This document shows positions 28,382-45,655 of a DNA stretch of 64,000 nucleotides, piece by piece. Every line of letters starts with the position of its first letter. Within the stretch, counting starts at the first letter, position 1. Below the pieces are notes generated by a model. That model was not told where the DNA came from, did not search any database, and saw only the letters and a list, made by a program, of their open reading frames with translations. The stretch lies in contig JAQGDQ010000012.1 in assembly GCA_030141605.1 (NCBI GenBank), positions 620,001 to 684,000 on the forward strand, given 5' to 3'. The position numbers and the translations under genes were made by a program. This DNA is from Tubiluchus corallicola. Taxonomy: Eukaryota > Animalia > Priapulida.

Positions 28382-31069
28382 AGCAGTTGTGTAAGCACTG
28401 CAAGAACATTACGTGTATTTTTAAATAATGGTGCAATTTCTGAAAAACTTTTGTATTAAGCAACCAATGAAACTTTAAATAATGAAAATGATGCTGATTT
28501 TGCAGTGACGTGTACTAATTGTCACTTTGCTTAAGGAACATAGTATGACAAGTGCTAATCTAAGAAAGGAATTATTACTAAATACATGTCTAAGGTGATA
28601 TTTCAGAGCTTGCACAAAGCAAGCATTCATTGCGACAGGGTAAGTATATGGTAGCAACATGCGCTTTGAAAAAATGTTTGATTGCCAACATGCAGCACAT
28701 ATAGCTGCATGATCAACTATTACTAGTACTTACTACTCAAGCTCACGTTGCACATTTGGCTACAAGTCTTAAATATTATCATCGTCATCATCATCATTGT
28801 TGTCTTTATCGTAATCTTTATTAAACATGTACTTCAAAACAAAAAACCCGACAGACAATTCAAACAGTGTAAAATACCCATTTTAATGACTACAAACTCA
28901 AGGTTTTTTTTCTAGTGATCATTTCCAAAATAGCATTGATGATGACCTTGCTCATTGACTTTCTTCGGACTACCTCATTGTGTATTTACTAGCACGTTGT
29001 GCTTACAGGTGTGGCTAATGTTATTTATCTCTAATGAGCAATAAGCTTGTGTAAGCATTTCATTGTTAAAGTGGTAACAGAAAACGTGCCATAACTGGTT
29101 CATTGCTTCTCACCTGTGATGTAATTATTCGTTCTGTAAAACTTCTTGCACTCTCTACGGCTGAAGCGGAAAAAGCATACAAATGTTCCAAGGATTAGAA
29201 GTTGATGTCCCAGTGATGGATCTAGCCCAGAGACAATTGTAAAAACATCTAAGATTGAGGTAGTTCCGGGGGGGGGGGATATTGCAGCAAAGAGCCACGG
29301 AGCCCCACAAACATATGAAAAGTTGGACTTTTAAAATGTCACTTTTACTGCAATTTTCCTGACTTACATATATCTCCCACGGCAGTACAGTTACTACATT
29401 ATTTCAGTTATTGTTACGCATCCACTAGTATTAAGTAATAATCTAATAATCTATTATCACTCACCAAGCACACATGGAGTTAAGTGATTTAAAACTGATG
29501 CTTAGTAAGATAATAAACCTTATGTGAGATACTGTTCCTCAAAATTTTTTAGAACTTTACTGTCATTCTATACAATCATTCTGTAAAATATCTCACCTAT
29601 CTAGGCACTCCTTATGTTTGATATTGCTTAACTACTGAGTGAAGCTTTTTTGAGCATCATAAAGTTTTAAGCCATGAAGTTTTTAGCACATGACTTGTAC
29701 CACTTGGTACTAGATGGCAAGGCCAGTTGCTGCAGTAACAATGGTACTATAATTTGAAGCTGACCACATGTCAATGAGTCAGCAAGATAGCATAGCACTT
29801 TAAACTATTATTGTAGTACTGTGCATTAGTAGGGCTTGGAAGGCTAGCTGTGCTGCAGCAGAAATTTATATGTCATCTTCACAGCACCAGGCGTAGCAAA
29901 AACAATTGCTGCATATGAACAATTATGCGTACATACAGTTACACCCGGGCATTCTGCTGCTGCCACATTTTTGAGTACGACGCAGTACACAGAGACCAAT
30001 TGTAGCATATGCATGCATGTGGAAAAAATACTATCTCACGTAATAATTATATTGTAACTGTGGTAAGTAGAAAAATGTGGAACAGTTTTGTTGTTTTTTT
30101 GGCAATAAAGAAAGGTAATATATTTCTTTTCAAACTGTTCTGTTAAAATTTTCGAGAAAAAATTCCAAGTAAAAATTGATATACAATATATAAAATTGAT
30201 ATATATATAATGGTTGTACACAACAATTCTTTTTGGTGCATTTATGGAAGCTTGGGTCAATTTATTTTCTGGAATGAACATTTTGCCTAGTGATGATGTA
30301 GAAAACAAACGTTTAAGTTATGGACTATAGTAAAAACAACACCGCTCCCAGGAAGCTTATTCCAGTATTTTTCATTTTGCTTGCAAACATTCAAGCAAGA
30401 ACTGTAATGTCTAGAGAAATTTCCTCTTTCTTCTTCCCAACTTTCGTTTTTCTTTTTTCTAACCCCATTTTTTGTTTTGCATACAGTTTCTTTTTTGTCA
30501 AAGCAGATTGGGCCCAAAAGACCCATGCGACTCTGATGGAACAGAAAGCACTTTTGGGCAAAACCTTCAGAGTTTGGGAGGCTCGAAACCTTTTACTTTC
30601 TAGGTCTAACTAAAAATTATTGAATATATAGTTAACTGTTCTGCCTATATTGGTGAGAGTAAGACATGCTACTTCTGCATCATATGGCACTATATTTTTT
30701 TTAACATTTACACAATTACAGGATAATGTATAGATATGCATTGTTTCACACAAATGTAAAGCATGAACCGGCTTGTAAAAACAATAATGGTCAAAACAAT
30801 ATTGTCCATACAGTACATTGTAATAATGCACTGTGAATGTACGTAATATTTCAAGTATTGTCAAGTTCAAGTCGTTAATAATTTTGTTTAATAAATTAAT
30901 TTGCAGGTTATTTACATCTGTGTTCAGTAAAAAAATGAACAATAATTAATGCTATTTAACCCTGTGTTATTTTGTCTTACTGTGTTTGTAAATAAAGTTG
31001 CAGTTTGTCATACTTAAAGTACTACGTGGTAAAGAAATAACGTACAATGTCTATAGTTGAAATAAAAAC

Positions 31070-31150
31070 ATGTATGTATGTATGTATGTATGCCTATATA
31101 TGTATGATATGTGTATGTATGTATGTATGTATAACTAATGTATGTATGCC
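31070..31150. repeat. (TATG)n microsatellite, imperfect
   Basis: Direct observation. Confidence 0.85.
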
Positions 31151-32079
31151 TATAGTTATTGATTTGCAGGAAACATAGATGTAGAATTAGAAACAATTAA
31201 TTTTAAACTAACAAACAAACGAATTCTAAACCAAAAAATTTTGCTAACAATGTTAATTATTATTGAAACAGAACAAAGGAAAACTTTAGAATTCTAATTT
31301 GTTGAATTGAACAGCATTTCTTATACAAGCACTGTCTGAAGTAGTAATAAACATTCTGGTGTCTGTGTTGCAAAGACTTAAAAAGAACAAAAAAACAAGA
31401 TGAGCAACAAAGCTGAAGAAGAAGTTACACAACAGTCTGTAACAGTGGAAATAGTCGAGGAAAAAGAAGTAAGTCAGGTGAACAAAAGGAGGCAGCACAA
31501 CTTGTAACCACCATGGAAGAAAAAAAGGACATTCCAGTAGCTGGCGCTGATGGCATGAAGGGTTCTAGTGCCTGTACTATACCAACAGCCTTGGAACCAC
31601 AGACCACGGTGGGACTCCAAACTATTGTACATACACCTTTGGGACCACAGAGCATTATACAGACACCTATGAGATCAGAAAGAGACGAAAGAGTGCTGAT
31701 AACGAGGAAACGTGTGAACATTTTAAAATGGGTAGTTTTATGCACTAGTATCCTAATGCAGTTGGTTATACTGATTATTGTTATGATAGATTTGTGTTAT
31801 ACATAACGCGTTTGTGATGATAGTGGTCTTCCATTTCTTTGTGGAGGACCACCAAAAAGTGGAGGCAACGTTTACCTTCCTAGATCAGGATGGAGTGGTG
31901 CAGTCATTCTACGGGCTGGAACAGCTATTTTACAGGCCAGTACAGTTGCAAACGATATTCGGTTTTTAAGGTATTGTATTGAGCTATCCAGTATAAACAC
32001 TATATTTAGCAGTCAATAAATAGTAAGGCATAATTTGCCAGCTGCCATTTTATTAATGACTTAGCTATCGATGCTAGCC

Positions 32080-32255
32080 TAAGCTATCTCATATAGACTA
32101 TATTCATTAATCAGTAAACCGCAATGCAGAGTTTACCTGATGCCATATTATCTGAGGCTTGCCTGTCGAGACTTAAGCTATCTCATATAAAGACTACTCA
32201 TCACTCAGTAAATAGCAAGACACAGTTTACTAGATGCCATTTGATCAGAGGCTTA
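32080..32255. repeat. Diverged ~95-bp tandem duplication
   Basis: taagctatctcatata..gacta..cagtaaa..agtttac..gatgccat..gaggctt occurs twice. Confidence 0.75.
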
Positions 32256-33519
32256 CTTATTGCAGTATAGCAGCAGTTTTGAAATTACATATATATATAA
32301 ACTGATGTCGGTGATTTGTCAGTTGCTTTAATGTTCTGAATATTTTAAAGTTAATTTCAATTTTGTGTGCCTGCATGTCTTATCTAGTTTGATACCTTTG
32401 ATTTCGTTATTTATTTGTTCTTTTTTCATTCATTTAGTGGTTTAATGTCTTTATCACGTACAGAACATTTTTTCAGCTCTTCTATAATTTTTTATTGTGC
32501 TGTGTTTGATCCCATGTAATCTTTTTTATAGTATTTAGAAAGCTAGGTATATGATGATTCATCTATGTGACTCATTAGTTGCTGCATGAGTGCATCCATA
32601 TCATTAACAGCTTGGTAAACGATAGTAACATAAAACATATAAGTGGGACGGCTGTCCACCTTACATGGAGAAAAAGTTCATTAAAAGTGGTTTACGTTGA
32701 CGCAAAATAATTTAGGTAGATGTGTAAGCCCACAGTATGAACTAACTTCCATGGCATAAATAAATTGCCTTAAGTCGAGTTTTGGTCACTACAGACTTTA
32801 ACAATCAACAACATCAAACGTCACAGTATCAAGTTAGACTCGAACTTCATTATTTTTTTAACTTGAATTCGGTTATAGTATATGAAATGTATGAGTAAAG
32901 GCACCAGGCAATTCCTTCTTACATATATATGTAATTCTTATCAATTGATGTCACCACGTTACGCATAATACATGTGCGCTGCAAAATTGCTGTTACTAGC
33001 ATTGTTCTGAGCATTGGCATTACCATCTATTAATACTACTAGAACTAAGCCAAGTGAAATTAGTGTACAGACCATTAACATGGGCGTACAACTATCGTCT
33101 AAATACAATAACGGTTGAGATAATTTTCCTACTAGGTGAATTACATTAAGTGCAGGTTTTGTTCGCATTAAATTTATCTCATTATTGGCTTTTGTCTTTT
33201 CCTACTAAAACTGGAACGTAAAAATCGTGATGGCACATGTAAATAACAACAAAAAAGTATGGGCTTTATGTGGCGTTGAACAGCAGAATAAACAGATTTT
33301 AAACATAAAATTCAATCTCATTTTTTGCATCAAAAATGCAAAATTGTTTGTAATGTGCCCTCTTTTCAACTGGGACATGTGGAGGACCTAGAAAATATAT
33401 ATCCAGAACTGGCTGAAGAAGGATTTCCTAGTGCTCCAAATATTAATTCAGAGTGGAAGGTATGAAAAGGGTTCTAAGAAATGTTGCGTGCAAGTATAAT
33501 TGCAGTAAATTTCTGTCAA

Positions 33520-33745
33520 ATGTGGTGGATATGGTGATGTTAGTATAGCATGCTGGGTGTGATGTGATATGGTGTAGGTGGTGTGGTATGATATAAATGG
33601 TGTGAGGTGATGTTGTGTAGATAGCATGGTGTGGTGTGTGTGATGAGGCATGGCATGGCATGGCATGATGAGTGTTACATTGTGTGGTGGTCTGGTGTGG
33701 CATGGTATGAGTGGTCTAGTATGGGTGGTAGTGCTGATCATGAGG
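33520..33745. repeat. Low-complexity (TGGTG/TGGCA)n repeat
   Basis: Direct observation. Confidence 0.8.
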
Positions 33746-35505
33746 TATAGTGCGGGTTGTCATTGACTCATTGTGGGTTTATGCACAAAATTTTTGGCGG
33801 GGTTTGGCTAGTTAATATTATTATGATATTATGACTGTTGTTTCGGAACCTCTTTTACCTTACTGTTATTGTTCATTTTAATTTAGGCCATTCTATGATT
33901 ACACATTTTGTTTATTATTAGTTGATACCTAATAAAGGCCCTTATATCATTCAGAGTATGTGGTGGCACAGTATAGAATAGACATAGTTTGAAAATTCAT
34001 TCCTACAGATTTTTTAGAATTATTTGAGCAACTGAGAAAATTTGCACTTTATTGACCTTTTGTGGATGAATCTAATAGCACTTCAGTGCTATATTCTATC
34101 GTAAGTTAGAATACTAGAATCTGTCAAAATAATTTTGACTTTCCATGAAGTGCTTTTGCAGAACATTGCTAGTAACATAATAATTTGATAGTAAAGGTCT
34201 TTTTGGAACGTTTCTAATAGATCAGCAAAAATTTTCTTGCTACAGTCTTATGACTGGTGTTCTTAATTACAATATTGGCTAAAAAAAATATTGGCTCATG
34301 AGGTGGTTGAGAAGATCTACATGGATGTGGTACTTTGTTTGGCCTACCTGTCTGAAACATCGAGTGCAAATTTTGGAAGTGCTTACTCTTTAAAGCTTTT
34401 GATTATCCAGCTACGAAACTTGATTGCTTTGTTGTTTTACTCTGCAGAACCAGTTACTGGACAAAAGTTTCAAATATTTAAACCAAGTGTGATACCAAAG
34501 AGTCCACCCAGTGATAGCAATGAGTTTCATATGAGAACATTTGAAATGGTGCGTGGCACTATAGATTACCTGACTTTTGTGCAAAGTATTTATGACAAAA
34601 TAGACACAGGTGAAATAAAAATTAATGAAAGTAAACTAAAAACTCAACATTAAGGCAAGATTTAGAGTAAATTCTTCATTATTTTGTACAATTTGATTTG
34701 ATAAAATAAATATCGAGGAACATAACACAAACTAAAGGTGTTGTAAGTTATTATACTTGAAAGAATTTTAAAGAAATTGTAACGAGTAAATGTTTGAATG
34801 ATGGAGGTGATACGTCACTGCAAGTGGAATGTGGGTGGGACTGTGGGACCCAACAATGAGTAAATCCATAGCCATGAGAGCACTATTAGAACATATACAC
34901 GAAGTGTGATACAGTGTGGGTGCATGTGATTTGTTTCAAAAAATAGTGCACTATGAACACAATACAGATTTATATTCAAATTTCAATTCAGCAATGTGCA
35001 CCACTCATTGCTTTTCTGGTAATTCATAATCAAGCTTTCAAGTTACACTATTTAGCTGTTGAAGATTTTAGCTGTTTGAAAATATCAATTAAAGTTTTCA
35101 GAAACTGCTAATTGAATTTTTTGCTTTGATTGCTCTAATGGTGTGTGAGAACAAGCAATGTGTACATACTGTGGCATTTATGTAGCATCCGGTGGATATG
35201 TGTTTTCACCTGCAGAATAGCTGCGGGGAAGAAAATCAATTGGAAAAGCTGCAGAAAAAAGAGTAACGCATGTGCATCCTGCATAAATGGGTGTATTGAA
35301 AACAATATAAACCGATTTTATATATTCCACACACCCCAAAACACATGCGCATCTGGGTGCTATGTAAAAGCCACTTAATAATGACAAAATGTACATATAT
35401 ACTATAATGATGAGCACTTTTCAGCAGTCTTAACTACTGTACAAAAATGCTTTATAGTAAAATTTATTTATAGTACAATAATTTCAACTCATCACAGTCT
35501 TAGTT

Positions 35506-39039
<3,534 letters not shown>

Positions 39040-39637
39040 GGCTGCATGTTTAACAGCTCACCATCAACAACAACATACATGAAAAAAATAGTAACTGCGT
39101 AGGATGTTTGCTGGCTTCATCTGATGCAGCAGCTGAGGTGCACTATTTATGGATCAACCAAACGCCTGACCCATTAGGATGGAGATATTGCAAGTAATTG
39201 GCTGTTCAGGCTTCATAGCTGACATTAATTGGCACATTTATATAACCACTATAAAATGATTGTTTAGGTGGAATTAAAAAAAAAATATCTTGAAGTAAAG
39301 TGGTTAGGTATTGGCGTATTGACCTTCATTGATGAAGCATGCTTTTGCTTATTACATAATTGGTATGGTGAACAGATTACAAATGTATAACACTACAAAA
39401 GCATAAGTTTTCAAAATTACCTTATAATCTTTATAATGTATATATTATTTATATAATAGACACTGATATGGAATGAAAATTAAATTATATGCAAAGAAGA
39501 AGTACCATGGTATATCACATAAAAAATATAAATTAGCACAATTAACACTACGTATAAGAAAATAATGTTTGATAAACAAGATGTTTATATGTCCATTTAC
39601 GGTCATTCCCATGTTATGTTTACTTTATTTGATTTTC

Positions 39638-42002
39638 TCACAAACAGTCTCTCCGTCTTTGCTGTCGTGACTTATGAGCACTGAACAGCACTTGGTTATT
39701 GTACACATAAAACAGATTATCTGCCTCAGTCAGGCCAGGGTTATAATTTTCATACAGTATTCGGAATTCTAGATTATCATGTGTTCCACTGCACGGAAGC
39801 ACGCAACCTTGTAAATGTCCCCGTTGTTCTGCATTCTGATTAGTATTGGAAATGTGTTGATCTGCCTTTAAATCTGGTCTAGCATGGTTCTGGTTTAATA
39901 GACTAGTCCGCTGTTCACTTTGAAACTGATACGAGTCTTGTACACTTGAACACTGCACAGTAGTGAATTGGCCTGGATATTGATGGCTTTCTTGAGATGA
40001 ATTAGCTTCAGCTACTCCATGCAATCTGCAGCACAATAAGCTTGATTTAAACGATAAATGACTGAAACGGTTAAATACATTACAGTTAGAAAAAAACAAA
40101 AAAGAATGAAACAAGAAGTTTAGAATGGTTATTGTTTTTGAACTTTTATGTCTTTACTGTCAATATTAACTAGATAATTTCTAGCAAGTAATGTCATGTA
40201 ATCCATGCACGGTTACAACGGAAGCAAATATTGCAAGGGCGCTGGAAGTGGAGTAGGGAAGTGGGCAATATGGCCAACGTTAGTATCCTAACAACTTTAA
40301 CTGGTAATAGAGTTTATCATAAAGTGCATATTTTTTAAAGAAGAAAGCAACTAATAAAAACAATATTAAACAACTACATGCAGCTAAATATTCATAAAGT
40401 CTTTTGAGCTTTTGACAATTAAAATACAAACTGCCTAATCCAATGTTTAGCAGGAACAGGCACGTTGGCCTTTCTAGTGTCTACATGTATGTAATTGTAA
40501 ATTGTAAAGCGCAACGAGATTGCCGAAGTGATGTGCTCTCTACAAATAATAAATTATTATTATTATTATTATTATTACATAAATAAATTGTAATTGGTGT
40601 AAAATTAATGTAAAATAAAGGAGTGCCTGATGTAAACAAGATTTTGCACACAGTTATTAGTGTGAATAACGGTTAAGGCATACAATGGCAACAACAACGA
40701 CAGCGACGATGTGTGGTCAAGTGCAGGTTAAATAAATGACTATGTGTGTTATGCCGTGCAAATGGATCAAAGAAACAACATTATATGACTACATCAATTT
40801 GTAATAAATGTATACAGTTTTAGGAATAGTGATCAATAGTGTGCTATAAAAATGTTTTGACATGCAGGTCACAAAATTCATTAGAACTATATATAATGTA
40901 CTTTTCAGCAGAAATGTCTGTGATTTTATCATTATTTTTAAAAATAACGTTAGTAATTAATAAGCAAATGAATAAATCAATAAGCACTGAAAGTTTTGTT
41001 GTTGTCTCTCACTAATATTATTCCATTGAAATGGGCTCTACGTCTAAAATCTCCTGCATTCTTCTGGTTACACGAAATTATTTGCCAAATGCACACTGGA
41101 TTTGCAAGCACAAATGCCAGGCAACATCATTCACGTTTAAGGTATTATAAGTGGACAAATCTATAAATCAATTGCTCGAGTGCTGAATCAATTACTGACA
41201 TACCCATTTCCTAGATGCAAACTATTCATCCTTTTTGCAATTGGCACACAGTCGCTATTGTTATCATCACTTCGATGCCTTTTTCTGCTAAAAAACAGTA
41301 AAACAGTTTTCAATATTCAAAATAGTGAAAAGCTAAATAGGAACCTGCACAAATCTGGGTAAATACGGGGATATTGCGGGAGTGGATTGTAATAAAGCCA
41401 AACACAAAAAACAACAAAAATACATAAAAAGTCATTACAAAAAGACAACAGTAACATACATAAAGGAAAATAAGAGCAACCAGTAAAGAAGGCAGCAAAA
41501 AGAAGAAAATGGTAAAATAAATAATAAAGAAATCTGACAAAAAACAGTATAATAGTTTACATCTTCAAGACAGTGAAAGCTAGAAAAGTCAAATGTAAAA
41601 AACGACAAGATAAAGACGGTCATATACAGGTAAACAAGATGACAGGCAACAGAACAGAATAAAAACACAATAAAAATATTGCAAGTCTTCACTTAATTTT
41701 TCCAAATTTTCATTCTTATTTTCAAAGTTCCCTCTAACTTATTTATATTTTCCCCCTTTTCAAAGTGGCATTATTGCCTGTGAGTAAAAAAAATCCCCCC
41801 CCCCCCAAAGCTAGAAGCTTATGTGCATTTGCCCCTTTTACATATTGGCAATGGCATATGTGAGTAAAAAAGAGCAACAAAGCTAGAGGCAAAAATTATG
41901 GGAATCAATATAAAATAAGCATCTTCAATCTTTATTCGTTAAATCCAAAAGCTCAAAAACAATTAAACATGAATGGTGCATGTACCTAGTAGCTGTCGCC
42001 AT
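39638..42002 (-). CDS. FAM104/VCF-like nuclear p97/VCP cofactor, 162 aa, 3 exons
   Basis: Exons 42002-41986 (MATAT), 41287-41204 (SRKRHRSDDNNSDCVPIAKRMNSLHLGN; NAGNAG acceptor TAGCAG), 40025-39638; total 489 nt in frame. N-terminal basic NLS, low-complexity middle, C-terminal YNPGLTEADNLFYVYNNQVLFSAHKSRQQRR resembling the FAM104 Y..IN..L..AH...R helix. Confidence 0.75.
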
Positions 42003-43648
42003 TTCCTCAACTGCGCTACGGGATGCCTCGTTCCAAAACGAATAACTTTTTAGCAATTTTTTACATGATTTTGAAGAAAATTACTATAACGGCAGATTTG
42101 TTTACAGGCAGCAACGGTAGTTGCCACATTGGCTCTTCTGATTTGTCTGATATCTTATCAAGGTGACACCACTGTGAAACCCAATTAAAGAAAGGGAAAC
42201 TAGTTCAACCACGACTAAAACGACAGAAATGGATCGAGAAGGCGGCCGAAACTGAAAGCTGAACGAGTAAATTTGACTGCGTAAAATGAGTAAGAAGGTC
42301 GCCATTTGGACCTATTTAGATGTTAGGTCTAATTCTGCAGCTACTACAAATGCAATTACTCTATTAACTAATCACTCTTTGCATTTTTTTAAAATTATCT
42401 CACTCAGTTGAGAATATTCCCATAATGTTTTTTAGATTATAAGTGAACAATTTCGATTGAAATTAAAATTTCAAAAAATAAACTGCTGTTACTAAAGTGA
42501 ATAAGTGACGCTCTCTTTTTAATTTCAAATAGCAAGTCCTGTCTTGATCATGTGACAGTAAAATGCAATCAAATAATTATACAGTTAGAAGCTTACAAAA
42601 CTATAGTTATTTTAAAATATAGTTATTTAAAAATTCCTTCGAAGCATGTTCAATGATTGATAGCTGAATGCTATCAATTCAAAATTCTAAACAAAATACT
42701 AGAAAAAACTAACCAACATAATCAAATTAGGTGGTCTTATCTTAACTAAAATAATGATGATTTAGACACTGTAAGGCCAGAATTAATAAACTGACGATTT
42801 GATTTATTATAATCAGCAATAATAACTACTAACCGAACGGTTACATATATATATATATATGTGTAATATGTATAAATATATATTAATTATATTTAAGTAC
42901 GAAAGGCACTGAAAAATTGTGAGCTAGCCTGGATTAGAATCTAGATACTGTATGCACGACTTACAATTAATTCACAAGCTCAGCTGCCATTTCAGCTATC
43001 ACTTTAAATTTAGATCGTCTTAATATATTACAATATTATTAAGGAAAGCTATCTATATTATGCCCACAGTGAAACTAGACGGCTTGGAGCATACAACCTG
43101 TAATTGTAAGGTTCGCATTCTAATCCTGACTGGTTCAAAATTATGAGGTACGTAACATTTGGGCATGGAACACTTGGGCACGAGACATTTTGGCACTAGT
43201 TGTAGGCCTACCTAATTTTTTGCTTTTGTATATTAAATTTTTAATGACTTGTTACAGTTTTCTGACTCTTACGATATTTTTAATTAAGAAACACTTAATG
43301 ATCATCACTTCACTAAATCAAACAGGCAGTAACAATATACACGTATCATAATTTAAATTATAACAATGAAAACCTTGACTCTGACTAGGTGACTCTGCAC
43401 TTAATTTGCGATTTTCCACTTTCAGTAATATGCGTAGTTTTTAAAATGAACAAAGCAGAAAACGCTGTTAGGCGTATATTAGCATCTTTAGCAAAATATG
43501 ATAGTATTTTTTTATCAAAAATATCTAATATATCACAAAAATGCTTAAATAACAGAAATGTGTTTCATAAAAAAAGTACACAGAGTTAATTTAGCGTTAG
43601 TAAAACTAGTGCAGCAATTTAACTAGACTAAGTACGTGTCATTATAAT

Positions 43649-44040
43649 CAGGGCTGGATTATCCTGCGGGCTAATAAAGGCTGCAGCCTATAAGGCCCTC
43701 AAGCTTTGGTAATATTTTAAAAAAATCTGTTTCCACTACGGTTGCGTTGTAATATGTGCTAATTTGGTTTGCAATAAGTAGTAAGATAGTTGTATTTTTT
43801 AAAGAATATTTTATTGATAAACAAAATATAACATGTAAAAGCTATTCTAGTTTATTATTATTGCAATACTATATAAATACCACCCAATACATCTTTCAAG
43901 CAATGTAAATATAGATAAAATATCACGAGTAAAATAGAATCAAGACGACCGGGTACGGGCCAGGTAAAGAACGGGTGGCTCAGTCTGAGGGCCCCATAAT
44001 TTCTTTAGCCGAAGGGCCCAAAAAGTCACAATCCGCTCGA
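43649..44040. mobile_element. MITE-like element, hAT-type ends
   Basis: cagggctggatt...gggcc at left and gggccc...aatccgctcg at right resemble degenerate CAGGGCCGGATT TIRs. Confidence 0.5.
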
Positions 44041-45360
44041 GCGTTGCACACACTAGTACATTATTATATACATTACTGTTATAATGTATACCATAAGTTA
44101 TTGAGCGCTTCGTGTGCTTATAATTAGAAGAAACGACGTAGAATGTGTTACGTGATTGTACGTATTAGCTGCCAACCCGAAAACTGCAGAAATGTAAATC
44201 GTGCAATTAATTATCCAAGTGATGTGATTAGCAATAATTGTAAGCTTTTTTGCTGTACCTGTTGCAAATGATAATAATACCCTCAGCAGCTGTGCGGTAT
44301 AAGGAATGATAGTTTTTCCAGTTTTAATTACACGATTGTACTCATGAAAATAATTATTTCTTTTCTATGAAAAGCTTTACATGTTCTAAAGTCACATAGT
44401 AGGCTAATCACTACCATGCAATGAACAACAATTCCCATAAAACTGTATTATATTCTTGCATGACGAGTTAGCGCACTGATGAACGTCGGCACTCACGCCC
44501 AGGTGACCCAAATATTCAAATTTGAGCACTTACAATAACATTGCTGAGTGTACATCTAACTTCATAAATCAGTTCATAAATGTCTTAAAAATAAATTGGA
44601 AAAAACTGAGCTTACACAAAAAACTTTGTGCACTAGCTCACGGTTTAAGACAGGCAGCTTTGGAAACTACTGGTGCACCTGAAGTCAGTAACCTCTTATT
44701 TCAAATATTTAGAATGCTACTGACAATGAATAACCATTTAATAGTTTAGTTTTGGTGAGTCTTGACCAGAGACTAACACAAATACTTTGACCCAAATTTG
44801 ACCTGATCAATAATGCATAATTGCTTGTGCAATGTCATCTAATAATCTTGTGTGCTGCATCAGAAAGTCATACTAAACAACTATAACAACAACAAAATAC
44901 AACTTAACAAACTTTGTTAACAAACATCTTATACATTTGTATTACTATTGTGCCAGTGAAAGTGATACTAACTTCAATTGTTAATAATTAAATTACTGTA
45001 CAAATGTTGCACGCTCACTTATAATGCTTCACTTTACACATAAGATATTCAGGAACTGAACAAGTTACTGACATATTTAACTCAGTTTTTTCAGAGATTT
45101 TTGAGATTTTAAATATTGTACTTGAAAGTTTTTAGCTGCTTTGATAATTAAAAACAGCAGAAACAAATTAAAAAATTAAAGTCATGTGGCGCGTAACATA
45201 ATGTAGCATAGACTGACTATGCTATTAGCTTTACAAATACCTTGCACTTCATTAGATTAGCAGACCAAGTTGATGATATTACAGTATTTGAGCAGTGCTG
45301 TACAATGCAACACAGATTTTACATCTGATTATACTATCAGATGCATAAGCAATGTGGCAA

Positions 45361-45655
45361 TTGAAACATTAGTAACTTTAAAAGTGGTCTATTCCAATAA
45401 TCTTAGAATACGCTAAAAAAAAATTTTTGAATAGCACAGAAAGGTTGAAAAATTGCTTCTCAGATTGATATATTTTGAAAACAAGTGATAAAGGGCAATA
45501 CTTTTATTTGAAACATTAGTAACTTTAAAAGTGGTCTATTCCAATAATCTTAGAATATGCTAAAAAAAAATTTTTGAATAGCACAGAAAGGTTGAAAAAT
45601 TGCTTCTCAGATTGATATATTTTGAAAACAAGTGATAAAGGGCAATACTTTTATT
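45361..45655. repeat. 147-bp direct tandem duplication (2 copies)
   Basis: ttgaaacattagtaac...gggcaatacttttat starts at 45361 and 45508; near identical. Confidence 0.95.

Larger units (their letters stand above)
31400..34653 (+). pseudogene. Disrupted multi-exon gene: type II TM anchor plus putative four-helix cytokine-like ectodomain
   Basis: ATG 31400, frameshift, RKR followed by a long hydrophobic stretch, TAA 31804-31806, frame continuing to donor AG|GTATTG at 31970. Exon-like 33370-33459 ends AAG|GTATGA. Segment 34008-34100 has an in-frame TGA and ends ATC|GTAAGT. Clean terminal exon 34448-34653 follows a TCTGCAG acceptor; AATAAA at ~34705. Confidence 0.5.

Noticed and set aside
34053-34055. 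In-frame TGA as selenocysteine
   Set aside because: The gene has other lesions (TAA, frameshifts, lost acceptor) and I saw no SECIS; decay is the simpler explanation.
42102-42305. 67-aa minus ORF upstream of the FAM104-like gene
   Set aside because: No recognisable domain; lies in the promoter/5' region, and its ATGGCG probably reflects a YY1-type motif.
42915-43140. tRNA-like/SINE-head inverted segments
   Set aside because: No complete cloverleaf or intact A/B boxes.
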